Below, piece by piece: positions 51,077 to 60,493 of a DNA stretch of 64,000 nucleotides (position 1 is the first letter of the stretch; each line of letters begins with the position of its first letter). The DNA comes from Longimicrobiales bacterium (GTDB lineage Bacteria; Gemmatimonadota; Gemmatimonadetes; Longimicrobiales; Gaopeijiaceae): the NCBI GenBank assembly GCA_965198065.1, contig CBDAON010000004.1, positions 224,001-288,000 of the forward strand, in the 5' to 3' direction. A program made the position numbers and the translations under genes. The notes beneath the pieces were generated by a model. It did no database searches. It had not been told where the DNA came from and was given only the letters and a program-made list of their open reading frames with translations.

Positions 51077-53074
51077 CTAGTGCGCGATGCTTCCTCCGCC
51101 CACCCCAACCGAGCCCTCGGGCGGCAGATCTGGAGGTCCGGGATCGGGATCACGACCGGCGCGGCGGCGATGGCCGAGCGCTTCGCGCACGCGAGCCAGC
51201 ACGTCGGCAGGCTCGAAGGGTCGGGTGAGCACAGGCTCTCCCTCTGGGGTCCGCGCCGGAGACCCCGACGGAGCGTGTCGGTCCAGAACGATGAGCCGGA
51301 GCCCCGGCACCTCCCGCCGCCAGCGCGTCACCGCATCGACCCCGGACCGGCCCCCGGCCAGCGTGCGCTCCGCGACCACCAGATCCACGTCGTGGTCCAA
51401 CCGGTGCCAGCGGCGCTCCGCCTCCATGGGCGCGGCCGCCACCTCGACCAGGTAGCCGCTCCTGGAGAGCGTGCTTTCGAGCAGCCGAGCTAGCAGGGGC
51501 TCGTCCTCGAGGACGAGGATCCGGGCCGGGGCGGCTGCTGCCTCCAGATCCCGTTCGGCCTCCTGGGCCACCGGCGCTCGCCCAGCGTCCGCGGATATCG
51601 GAGGAACAGTGAGCGGAAGGACGATCTCGACGGTGGTTCCCTCGCCGACCGCGGAGCTCACCTCCACCCAACCACCGTAGCCCTCGACTACCGCCTGGAC
51701 GACAGAGAGGCCGATCCCCCTGGCGATCACCACGGCGGCTCGAGAAGAAGGGCTCGAAGAGCCACGGCAGATCCTCCGCGGGAACCCCCTCGCCCCGATC
51801 CTCCACCCGGATACGCGCCAGCCCCGGCTCCGAGGCCGGCTGGTCCCGCTCTGCCGCGGGAACGGGGCCCCAGGAGATGCGAGCGTCCGTCCCAGGCTCC
51901 GATGCCTCCCGCGCGTTCCGAACCAGATGGAGGAGCGCTCGCTCGAGCAGCCCGGGATCGACCTCGACCGGAAGCGACTCCGCGCTTGGCGCGACCCTGA
52001 GCCGGAGGCCGTCCCCCGCCTCCTTCGCGAGCGCGGGGACGAGCGCCGCGATCGTGCGATTCAGATCCACGGCCTCGCCCCTTGGAATCCCCTTCCTCAG
52101 GTGCGTCAGGAAGTCCCGGACACCTTCCTCCACACGAGTCCCGGCGTCGCGGGCCTCGCCGACGAGCGCGGCATCCTCCCCGCTGGTGGACAGCGACTCT
52201 TCCAAAAGCGCGAGGTATCCGCGCTGGATCTCCAGCACCGCCAGGAGCTCCTCGGCCCGCTCTCCGGCGAGGAGCGCGGCCCCCTCCAGGGGGGGAGCCT
52301 GCGCAGCAGCGTCTTCGATCTCGCCCGACCCTCGGGCGTGAGCGTCGGGGCCGACGCACCTCTCCGGCGCTCCCCCGCGGTGACTCGGGTGTCCGAGACC
52401 GGCGCCTCGGGGGCGAGGGGCGGCGGAGCGAGTCTCGCGGAAGAGTCGGAGAGGGCGCTGCGTACCTGGTGCGCGAGGGCGGCCGCGAGATCCCTCTCCT
52501 GCGCGGTCCAGCTCCTCGGGCTCCGCCCTTCCTCGAAGGTGACGAGGCCCGCGAGATCGCCCTCCTCCCTCACCGGGAGGACCAGCACAGAGCGGATACC
52601 TTCCGAGGCGGCCCACTCGTCCAGGACGGGCGCGGTACCGGTGGGGCGGTGGGTGTCATCTACCGCGACCGCCGTGACCCGATCGAGGGCGAGCCGGAAA
52701 CCGGCCGCGAGCTCCTGAGAAAACAGGCGATCTTCGAGGAGCGAACCCTCACCGCGGTCGAAACGCACCAGGCATCGCACGCCGCCGGTCCCGCTATCGA
52801 ACTGCCAGATCCCCACGCGAGAAACCCGGAGCGCCCGTGCGGCTTCCCGCGCCAGGTGACGGAGCAGGAGACTCGGATCCGCCCCCGCGATCGGCGAAGC
52901 CTTCGCGGCCGTTCCGATCCGCCTCGCGCCGGTCGGAGACCTCGCCGCGGCCCGCGGATCAGGGGACGGCCGCTCGAGGAGCCCCCCACCCCCCAGTCCC
53001 TCGACGAACACGGGAGCCGACGGAAATGTCCACCCGCCAGGGGCGAAGTGCGTGCTCATCGGGAGTGGCTTCAA
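51077..53074 (-). CDS. GAF-HisKA-HATPase-receiver hybrid protein, degenerate, two homopolymer frameshifts (~52292, ~51718)
   Basis: GAF (52106 ORF); N/G1/F boxes LVRNAREA, EDRGEG, LFEPFFS (51150 ORF); GIGLS and receiver domain (51077 ORF). Confidence 0.75.
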
Positions 53075-53185
53075 CCCTCGTTCGGAATCCGGTTACCGTG
53101 CCAGCCCGATATTATCTGCTCGGGCCGGTGAACTGCAAGACTGGGGCCTTGACCAGGGCGGTTGCCCCCAGTCACAGTTCCGCTC

Positions 53186-53806
53186 ATGGCCGATTCCTCC
53201 TTCCGCGACCGTGCCGTGACCCCTGGACCCGTGCAGGAGAAGCTGTTGACCGTGGCGCTCCGTCTCGTGTCGCGGAGTGGGTTCGATTCGGTGCCCGTTT
53301 CCGAGATCGCGAGCGCGGCAGGCGTCGCCAAGGGAACCTTCTTTAACCACTTCCCGACGAAGGAGCACCTCCTCACGGAGGCGCTACATCGGATGGTAAG
53401 CGAAGCGCTGGGCGAGATCGCGGGGCGGAGGGGTTCCGGGACGGAAGCGATCCTGGCTTTCGGAGAGGCGGTGGCCGAGCGGCTCGCCAGAGACCGGAGC
53501 CTGGCCGAGGCTCTGGTCCCCCGTTTCGTCGGGCTCCCCCGACTCCGCGCGGACGAGCCACGGGAAACGGAGCGGATCCGCCGGTGGATCGAAGACCGTT
53601 TGGAGGAGGCCCTCCCCGTCCGGGTTCCCATTCGCGAGATCGATCCGGCGTCCCTCTCTTCGCTCCTCGTGTGGACGATTCGGGGAAGCCTCGAGGAGTG
53701 GGTCGAGGAGGGAGGCACTCTTCGACAACTCCGCCAGTCCATGTCCGGGAAACTCGGCTTCCTTCTTGAGTCCGCGGGCTTCCCAGCCTCCCTGGAGAAG
53801 GGCTGA
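53186..53806 (+). CDS. TetR/AcrR-family regulator
   Basis: GFDSVPVSEIASAAGVAKGTFFNHFPTKE HTH. Confidence 0.92.
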   Translation: MADSSFRDRAVTPGPVQEKLLTVALRLVSRSGFDSVPVSEIASAAGVAKGTFFNHFPTKEHLLTEALHRMVSEALGEIAGRRGSGTEAILAFGEAVAERLARDRSLAEALVPRFVGLPRLRADEPRETERIRRWIEDRLEEALPVRVPIREIDPASLSSLLVWTIRGSLEEWVEEGGTLRQLRQSMSGKLGFLLESAGFPASLEKG

Positions 53807-53858
53807 CCCGCCGGGAAACGGAAGATCCTTCCGGAAAAATCTGTTTTCTCCGGTGTCG

Positions 53859-53892
53859 TTGCCTCCTCTACATTTTCGGTTTATCTTCGGTT
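53859..53892 (+). promoter_or_regulatory. Promoter of the imuB-like gene with an overlapping direct repeat
   Basis: TTGCCT-N17-TATCTT; TTCGGTT at 53875 and 53886 (11-bp period). Confidence 0.55.
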
Positions 53893-53941
53893 GTTTTGTG
53901 CCCCACCGTATCTCCTCAAGCGCCCTTCGCCCTCACGGATC

Positions 53942-56731
53942 GTGCGACTCCCCTCCTCCCGCACTTCCCTCTGTCTCTGGCTCCCAACCTTCGAGCTCCG
54001 CCTCGAGCTGGTCCGGACCCCGGAGCTGGACTCCACCTCGGTGGCCCTGCTCCATCCCGGGACGCCGGGGGGACGGGGGGAGATCTGGCAGGTCTCGGAG
54101 CGCGCGGCCCAGTCAGGAGTGCGGCCGGGAATGCGCGTATCCCAGGCGATCTCCCTGTGCACGTCCCTCACTCTCCTCGAGCCCGACCCGGCCCACTACA
54201 GGGCCGCCGCCAGAGTGAGTCCCATCTTTAGTTGAAATTGAAGCGGCCTCCAACCTCAGGTAACGTGGGTGTGCGACCACACCACGGGATCACAAGAGAG
54301 GAAGGAGGCCACCGATGGGAAGGATGCCAAGGCTCGTCGAGCGGGGGCAAGAAGGACCGGCGGCTCGGGGAACCGAGGGAGGTGAGTTGGGAGGAGATCG
54401 AGGCGCTGGAGCTGGACCCTCGGGTGGAGCTGATCCGGCAGCTGATTCCGCTGGGACTGGCGGAGGTGGGCCGGATGCTCGAGGAGGAAGTGGAGCAACT
54501 GGCGGGGCAACGTCACGCCAGGAAGACCGAGGACGATCGACATTGCCGGCATGGGCATAACCCAGGGTCGGTGCGGTTGGGCGGCCAGCGGCATCCGGTG
54601 CGAGTACCGCGGGTGCGAGGCCCGGCCGGAGAGTCGAGGCTGGCGGCGTATGAGCAGCTGCATGGCTCGCCCGGCGAGATGGACGAGGGGCTGTTTCGGA
54701 AGGTGCTGCTCGGGATCTCGTGCCGGGACTACGAGGCAGCGGTCGAGGCGGTGCCTGGAGCCATCGGGCTGTCGAAGTCGACGGTCTCGCGGGAGTTCAA
54801 GAAGGCCACGGCCGCGAAGCTGAAGGAGTTTCAGGAGCGGGACCTCTCGGGTTACGACGTGGGGTGGCACTCGTCCTGGACGGCAAGAGCTTTGCCGAGG
54901 ACGAGATGGTCGTCGCGCTCGGGGTGACGACCAAGGGGGACAAGGTCTTCCTCGGGTTCGTCCAGACCGACACGGAGAACGCCGTGGTGATCCGATCCTT
55001 CCTTCGGAGTCTGAAGGACCGAGGTCTCGACCTGTCGGCCGGAGCGCTCGTGGTGATCGATGGAGCCCGCGGTCTCCGGAGCGGCGTCCTGGCGGTCTTC
55101 AAGGGACAGGTGCTCATCCAGCGGTGCCAGTGGCACAAGCGGAAGAACGTGATCTCGTATCTGCCGAGAGCGGAGCAGAAGGGCTGGCGCCAGCGTCTGC
55201 AGCGCGCCTACCAGCGGCCCACGTACGAAGAGGCCGTCAAGGACCTCAAGGCCCTGCGCCAGGAGCTCGCGGGGGTGAACCAGTCCGCGGCGGCCAGTCT
55301 CGATGAGGGGTTCGAGGAGACCCTCACCCTCCACCGGTTGGGAGTCTTCCCCCTGGTCGGCCAGTCGCTCAAGACCACCAACGTGCTCGAGTCCGTGAAC
55401 GCCCTGGCCGAGCAGAGGTGCGGACGCGTGGACCACTGGAAGAACTCGAGCCAGAAGCACCGATGGCTCGCGACCACGCTCCTGGAGATCTAGTCACGGC
55501 TCCGGAGGTTGCTCGGGTACCGACACCTCCCGCTCCTCAGGGCCGCGATCCAGAAGGACCTCGGGATCACCCTTCCCGAGAGCCGTTCACATGCTGTCGC
55601 CTGAGACGGAGGCCGCTCCAGTTTCAACTAACTTTGGGATTGACTCGGCCGCCACCAGGGAGATCTTGGAGGTGCTGGAGGGAGTGAGCCCAATCGTGCA
55701 GCCGGGTGAGGATGGGCTGCCAGGCAGGGGAGGTGGGTCGTTCGCGGGGTCGGCGGCGGCAGGGGCCGGTGGAACGTCGAGCGAAGGAGGCGTCTTTCAC
55801 GTGGAGTGGACGGGCTGGATCGCCTTTATGGTCCTCCTCGGGCTCAGGTGGACCGGGTCCTCTACGCGCTGCTCGAGATCCTCCCCCCTCCCCTCGTGGC
55901 CGCCGTTCGGGCCGGGCGGGCTCCGGGGCTCTTCGGGGCCTGGGTAGCCGCCGCCTCGACGCGTCCGGGAAGCCCGGTCCTCGTAGCGGAAGAGGGGCTC
56001 GTCTCCTTTCTGGCTCCCTGCCCAATCTCGGTTCTGCGACTCCCGGACGAGATGCGGGAGCGGCTGGAGCGGTTGGACGTGAACACCCTGGAAGCGCTGG
56101 GCGAGCTCCCAGCTTCGGCGCTTCTCCGTCAATTCGGAAAGCTGGGAGAGGAGGCCAGGGCGCTGGCGCGTGGAGAGCGAATCGACCCGGTGCGTCCCCT
56201 CCACCGCCCCCGGCCGATCCGGGTCACCCTCGACTTCCCCGCTCCCGTGGGGGAGCGGGAGTCCCTCCAGCGGAGGGCTCGAGCGACTCCTCGAGCGGGG
56301 GCTCGCGCGGCCGGAGCGGCGGGACAGGAGCGTCCGGGGGATCCGGGCCGGAGGTCGGCTCGAGGATGGAGGCTCCTGGGAGGTGGAGGCCACTGAGAGA
56401 GCCCTCGGCCCGGCGGGAGGTCCTCGCCTTCTCGCTCCGGAACCGGGCCTCCCTCTTCCCTCCCCCTCGAGCTCTCGAATCCCTCTTCGTGGAGCTCTTC
56501 GACTTCGGCACGCCCGTGCTCCAGAGCGACCTCTTCCAGCGCAAGGAGGAGGGAGGCCGACCGGTGGGAGGTACGTCCCTGGCCGCGGGACGGATCTCAC
56601 GGACACTGAAGGAAGCGGTCCGTGAGCTCACCCTGAGGCTCGGGCACTCTCCCCTCTACCGAGTGGTGGAGGTGGATCCCTGGTCCCGGATCCCCGAGCG
56701 GCGTCATGCGCTGCTGGGGTTGGAGCCATGA
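53942..56731 (+). pseudogene. Y-family polymerase-like (ImuB-type) gene disrupted by IS copy 3, plus further frameshifts
   Basis: CLWLPTF..VSERAAQSGVRPGMRVSQAISLC..DPAHYRAA | ATREILEVLEGVSPIVQ..GLDRLYG..LAPCPISVL..LERLDVNTLEALGELP..RQFG..DPWSRIPERR. Confidence 0.8.
54213..55646 (+). mobile_element. IS256-family insertion sequence, copy 3
   Basis: 1434 bp, near-identical to copies 1 and 2; 8-bp target duplication CGCCGCCA/GGCCGCCA. Confidence 0.93.
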
Positions 56732-57021
56732 ACCCCGAGGCGCCCATCAGGCCACTCGATTCTCCCTCACCGATCCAGGTACGGACGGACGCGGAGGGAC
56801 GACCGGTAGAGGTGCGGTTCGGGGCAGGGGTGAGCGGACGGGGCGGAACGAAAGGACGAGCGGGAACGAGGCCCGAACGGGTCGCCGCGATTCGGGAAGT
56901 CTGGCGGATCGATGACGAGTGGTGGAGGCGTCCGATCTCGCGTCTCTATCACGAGGTCGTCCTGGAGAACGGGAAGCTCCTGACCCTCGATCTCGTCGAC
57001 GGAGGATGGTGGGAGCAGTAA
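56728..57021 (+). CDS. Small protein (DUF6504-like) of ImuB-type mutagenesis cassettes
   Basis: IRPL..P.PI.V..D..G.P, VAAIREVWRIDDEWWRRPISRLYHEVVLENG; ATGA overlap with the imuB-like stop. Confidence 0.65.
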   Translation: MNPEAPIRPLDSPSPIQVRTDAEGRPVEVRFGAGVSGRGGTKGRAGTRPERVAAIREVWRIDDEWWRRPISRLYHEVVLENGKLLTLDLVDGGWWEQ

Positions 57022-57519
57022 CCAGCGCCTCTCGTTCCGGTGGGAGGCGCTCAGTCCAGGACGAGACCTTGTGCGCCGAACCCGCCCCTGCGGATGGGGA
57101 TGGCAGCGCTCACAGGCATGCACGAGCGCGTGGTTTCTCGCGCCGGCGAAGAGGATGACCGCAGCTCCGATGACTGAAGCCGACGCGTGCAGGAACTCCG
57201 ACTCCTCCAGAAACAAGTGCGTGGCGGCGAGCAACGCGACTCCGGCAGCGAACGTGACACTTGGCCACGGGTCGTCGTGAACGTCCGCGTGCGACATCCC
57301 GAGCCCCAGACCGCCGAGGAGCGCCCCGATCCCCAACGCCGCCCACTCGAACCACGACGCCGCGAAGACGCCCAACCCGATCAACGGAAGCACCCCCGCA
57401 AAGGGAGTGAGGAGGCAGTGGACGGCACAGGCCGACACGGCCCAGCCCGCTATCGTGCTCAGCCGGTGGAAGGCGTCCTCGGGACCGGCGAGCGCGTGGT
57501 CGTGTGAGCGAGACGACAT
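56767..57519 (-). CDS. MerC-domain membrane protein (conserved part ends ~57090; long tail doubtful)
   Basis: SACAVHCLLTP, four TM helices, NH.LVHACERCHPH His/Cys tail. Confidence 0.75.
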   Translation of the reverse strand: MSSRSHDHALAGPEDAFHRLSTIAGWAVSACAVHCLLTPFAGVLPLIGLGVFAASWFEWAALGIGALLGGLGLGMSHADVHDDPWPSVTFAAGVALLAATHLFLEESEFLHASASVIGAAVILFAGARNHALVHACERCHPHPQGRVRRTRSRPGLSASHRNERRWLLLPPSSVDEIEGQELPVLQDDLVIETRDRTPPPLVIDPPDFPNRGDPFGPRSRSSFRSAPSAHPCPEPHLYRSSLRVRPYLDR

Positions 57520-57537
57520 GCCTGAAAAGCTAGCCAG

Positions 57538-57558
57538 ATGATAAGTGGTTTTCAATAA
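57538..57558. promoter_or_regulatory. Candidate Zur/Fur-family operator of the MerC-domain gene
   Basis: Minus strand TTATTGAAAACCACTTATCAT, an AT-rich imperfect palindrome next to TTGACT. Confidence 0.55.
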
Positions 57559-57745
57559 GTCAAAGGTGTCCTCTGGTCTTGGGGGGCCTCCAGTCGGGGG
57601 AATCCGCTCTTCCGACTCGACGGCCGTCGCCGGGCCCGCTGGGTGCGCGCTCCATGGCGCCCGCAGTCCCGTCCCGTATCTTCCCCCTGTCCCTCGACCT
57701 CTCTCCACGCGGAGGGCCTCCGCGCCTAACCCTCGCGCCTGACCC

Positions 57746-58516
57746 ATGGACACGACCGGGGCCCACGGGGGCCCGCATGCATCGAAGGCCAGCCGAGCAT
57801 GGCGGGTCGCCGCCGGCCTCGCCTGGATCCTGGCGACACCGCTCCGTCCTCTGGCCCAGGAGCCGGATTCGGTCCGCGTCTTCGTGGGTGGTGACCTCCT
57901 CCTGGCCTCGCCCACGGGCGAGTTCGCGGAAAACGTCCGCAGGGGCCTCGGGATAGAGGGTCACGCGGGCGTCTTCGTAACCTCCGGGGGCGAAGTCGCC
58001 CTCAGGGCCAATCTGGGATTCATCAATTACGGCCACGAGACCATCGGGATCTGCGTCACCCAGCCGTGCCGGGTCACGGGTGAGCTCACCACCTCGAACA
58101 ACATCTTATTCGGCGGGATCGGCCCCGAGGTGGGTTTGAGCTCGGGAGCCCTCCGACTCTATGGGAACGCGACCGTGGGCTTCGCGTACTTCGCCACGAC
58201 GTCTTCGGCCGAAGGGTCAGGCAACCAGGGCGACCCGTTCGCGTCCTCGACTAACTTCGACGACTTCACGTTTGCGTGGACCGGCGGCGGCGGGGCCCAG
58301 CTCCTCGTCTACCGTGGGCCGAACCCGGTGCGCGTCAACCTGGGCCTGCGCTACCACGGCAATGGTGAGGCTCGCTACCTCCGGAAGGGGGACATCCAGG
58401 ACCTACCTGACGGGAGTGTGGCCCTGAATCCCAGGAGGAGCGACACGAACCTCGTCACGTTCCACCTAGGCGTCTCCGTTGAGCTCGGCCTCGACGAGGC
58501 GGAAGGGAGCCCCTGA
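57746..58516 (+). CDS. Small outer-membrane beta-barrel protein
   Basis: Signal peptide, alternating Gly/aromatic beta-strands, C-terminal LVTFHLGVSV. Confidence 0.65.
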   Translation: MDTTGAHGGPHASKASRAWRVAAGLAWILATPLRPLAQEPDSVRVFVGGDLLLASPTGEFAENVRRGLGIEGHAGVFVTSGGEVALRANLGFINYGHETIGICVTQPCRVTGELTTSNNILFGGIGPEVGLSSGALRLYGNATVGFAYFATTSSAEGSGNQGDPFASSTNFDDFTFAWTGGGGAQLLVYRGPNPVRVNLGLRYHGNGEARYLRKGDIQDLPDGSVALNPRRSDTNLVTFHLGVSVELGLDEAEGSP

Positions 58517-58848
58517 TGACGCTCGATCTTCTCTCGCTCCACTGCACGCCGCCTCCAAGGGGTACGGCGCCCCTCCGGGGAGACGCGATCGCACCGTACC
58601 GTGCGGCCCTCTCGGACCGATGGACCGTCGTGGAGGAACACCACCTGGAAGGCACGTTCAAGTTCGACGACTTCCTCGGTGCCCTCGCCTTCACGAACCG
58701 GGCGGGAGGCGCCGCCGAGGCCGAGGGGCACCATCCGGACATAGCGCTAACCTGGGGAGAGGCGACCGTGCGGATCTGGACCCATTCCATCGGTGGCCTG
58801 AGCGCGAACGACTTCATCCTCGCCGCACGGCTGGACAGCCTGGCGTGA
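58516..58848 (+). CDS. phhB: Pterin-4-alpha-carbinolamine dehydratase
   Basis: FKFDDF..ALAF.N..AEAEGHHPDI..WTHSIGGLSANDFILAA. Confidence 0.92.
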   Translation: MTLDLLSLHCTPPPRGTAPLRGDAIAPYRAALSDRWTVVEEHHLEGTFKFDDFLGALAFTNRAGGAAEAEGHHPDIALTWGEATVRIWTHSIGGLSANDFILAARLDSLA

Positions 58849-58852
58849 GCCC

Positions 58853-59938
58853 TTGGCCCGGCCGCTCCGCATCGTCTTCCTCGACTCCTGGCGGACCGCT
58901 CCCCACGACGGCTCCGGGACCGCGGTGGGCATCGCGAGCCTGGCCGAGGCACTTCGAATCCTGGGCCACGAGGTCGCGGTACTCCGTCCGAAGACGGACT
59001 CTGGGAGCTTTTCGAGCCGGATCCTGTTCAACCTGAGACTGCCGGGGCGGTTTCGAGACCGGCCGGTACCCGATCTGGTCGTTGGATTCGATCTGGACGG
59101 GCTCTTCCTGCGCTTCGGGTCGGCCCTGCCCCGCTATGTCGTCGCTCTGAAAGGAATCGCGTGGGACGAGGCTCGTTTCGCTCGCTCCGCCTCCGAGCGA
59201 CGGCTCCTACGGACGCTGGGCCGCCTCGAACGGAGGAACGCCCGTAGGGCGGATCGCGTGATCGTGCCCAGCGAGTATTCCGTGGGCGTGGTCCAGCGGG
59301 AGTACCGCATCCCAAGAAACCGGATCGGCGTGGTGCCCGAGGGGATCGATCTGGCCCCGTTCGACCGGCTCCGCACGGCGGACCGGGTTCCTCGCGAGCC
59401 CGCTACGATCCTCAGCGTGGCTCGCCAGTATCCTCGGAAGGACACGGCCACCCTCCTCCGGGCGCTCCCGGACGTCCGCCGGGCCGTTCCAGGGGCACGA
59501 CTCCGGATCGTGGGGGGCGGGCCGGAGCTGCCCGAGCTCCGTGCCCTGGCGTCCACGCTCGGCCTCGGAGATGCCGCCCGGTTCGAGGGCGCGGTGCCGG
59601 ACGACGACGCGGTGCGACGGGCGTTCTTCGAGGCGGACGTCTTCTGTCTTCCGTCCCGTCAGGAGGGGTTCGGGATCGCCTTCCTAGAGGCTATGGCCGC
59701 CGGGCTCCCGGTCGTAGCCGCGCGCGCCGGCGCGGTGCCCGAGCTGGTCCAAGACGGTGAAACGGGGCTACTCGTGCCCCCCGGGAACCCAGGGGCCCTC
59801 TCCGAGGCGCTCGTTTTGCTCCTGCAGGACCGGGAGCTTGGAGCCCGCCTTGGACGGGCGGGACTTCGACGCGCGCGGGAGTACGATCTGGAAAGCGTCG
59901 GACGCGCGTTCGTCGCGGAGAGCGGCGTGCAGAGATGA
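58853..59938 (+). CDS. Glycosyltransferase family 4
   Basis: ADVFCLPSRQEGFGIAFLEAMAAGLPVV, DGETGLLV. Confidence 0.92.
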   Translation: MARPLRIVFLDSWRTAPHDGSGTAVGIASLAEALRILGHEVAVLRPKTDSGSFSSRILFNLRLPGRFRDRPVPDLVVGFDLDGLFLRFGSALPRYVVALKGIAWDEARFARSASERRLLRTLGRLERRNARRADRVIVPSEYSVGVVQREYRIPRNRIGVVPEGIDLAPFDRLRTADRVPREPATILSVARQYPRKDTATLLRALPDVRRAVPGARLRIVGGGPELPELRALASTLGLGDAARFEGAVPDDDAVRRAFFEADVFCLPSRQEGFGIAFLEAMAAGLPVVAARAGAVPELVQDGETGLLVPPGNPGALSEALVLLLQDRELGARLGRAGLRRAREYDLESVGRAFVAESGVQR

Positions 59939-60411
59939 ACATCGCGATCCTCTCCGATACGCACGGGAGCCTTCCGCCCGAGGTCTTCCCGCGTCTCGAG
60001 GGCGTGGACCAGATCGTTCATGCCGGAGACATCGGACCGCTCGACATTCTCCGCGATCTGGAGGCGGTCGCTCCCGTCACCGCCGTCTGGGGCAATACGG
60101 ACGGATTCAACTTGAGGAGCGAAGTGCCCGAGGTGGCGCACCGACTCTGGGAGGGCCAGGCGGTCGTGGTCCTCCACGGCCATCAGGTGGGCACGCCGAC
60201 TCCGGAGGCGATGGCCGAGTTCCATCCGGACGCCGACCTGGTCATATTCGGCCACACGCATGAGCCCGTCACCCGCCGTGTGGGAAGCGTCCTCGCGGTA
60301 AACCCTGGTAGCCTGGGCGCGCCGCCCGCGGACCTCGGCGCCACGCTCGTTGTCGCCCACCTAGACGGGAGCGGGATCCGGACGCGGTTGGTCGAGCTCG
60401 GAAACGGCTGA
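59935..60411 (+). CDS. YfcE-like metallophosphoesterase
   Basis: SDTHG, HAGD, WGNTD, LHGH, FGHTH, NPGS. Confidence 0.92.
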   Translation: MNIAILSDTHGSLPPEVFPRLEGVDQIVHAGDIGPLDILRDLEAVAPVTAVWGNTDGFNLRSEVPEVAHRLWEGQAVVVLHGHQVGTPTPEAMAEFHPDADLVIFGHTHEPVTRRVGSVLAVNPGSLGAPPADLGATLVVAHLDGSGIRTRLVELGNG

Positions 60412-60493
60412 GGGGAATGGGCTGCCCCCGCCGGGCCCGAGTCGCCGGAGCACACCGGGTCCGCCTTCCACGAGCTGCGCAGGGAAGGAGCCT

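Noticed and set aside
53150..53174. TetR operator TGACCAGGG...CCCCCAGTCA
   Set aside because: Plausible but only ~7/10 symmetric in GC-rich DNA; too weak to call
55640..55670. Hybrid promoter from the outward TTGACT in the IS right end
   Set aside because: No plausible -10 hexamer at 16-18 bp in this flank
19534..56731. Widespread pseudogenisation or programmed frameshifting across the window
   Set aside because: Many shifts lie in G/C homopolymer or dinucleotide runs, consistent with sequencing indels; cannot be resolved without reads
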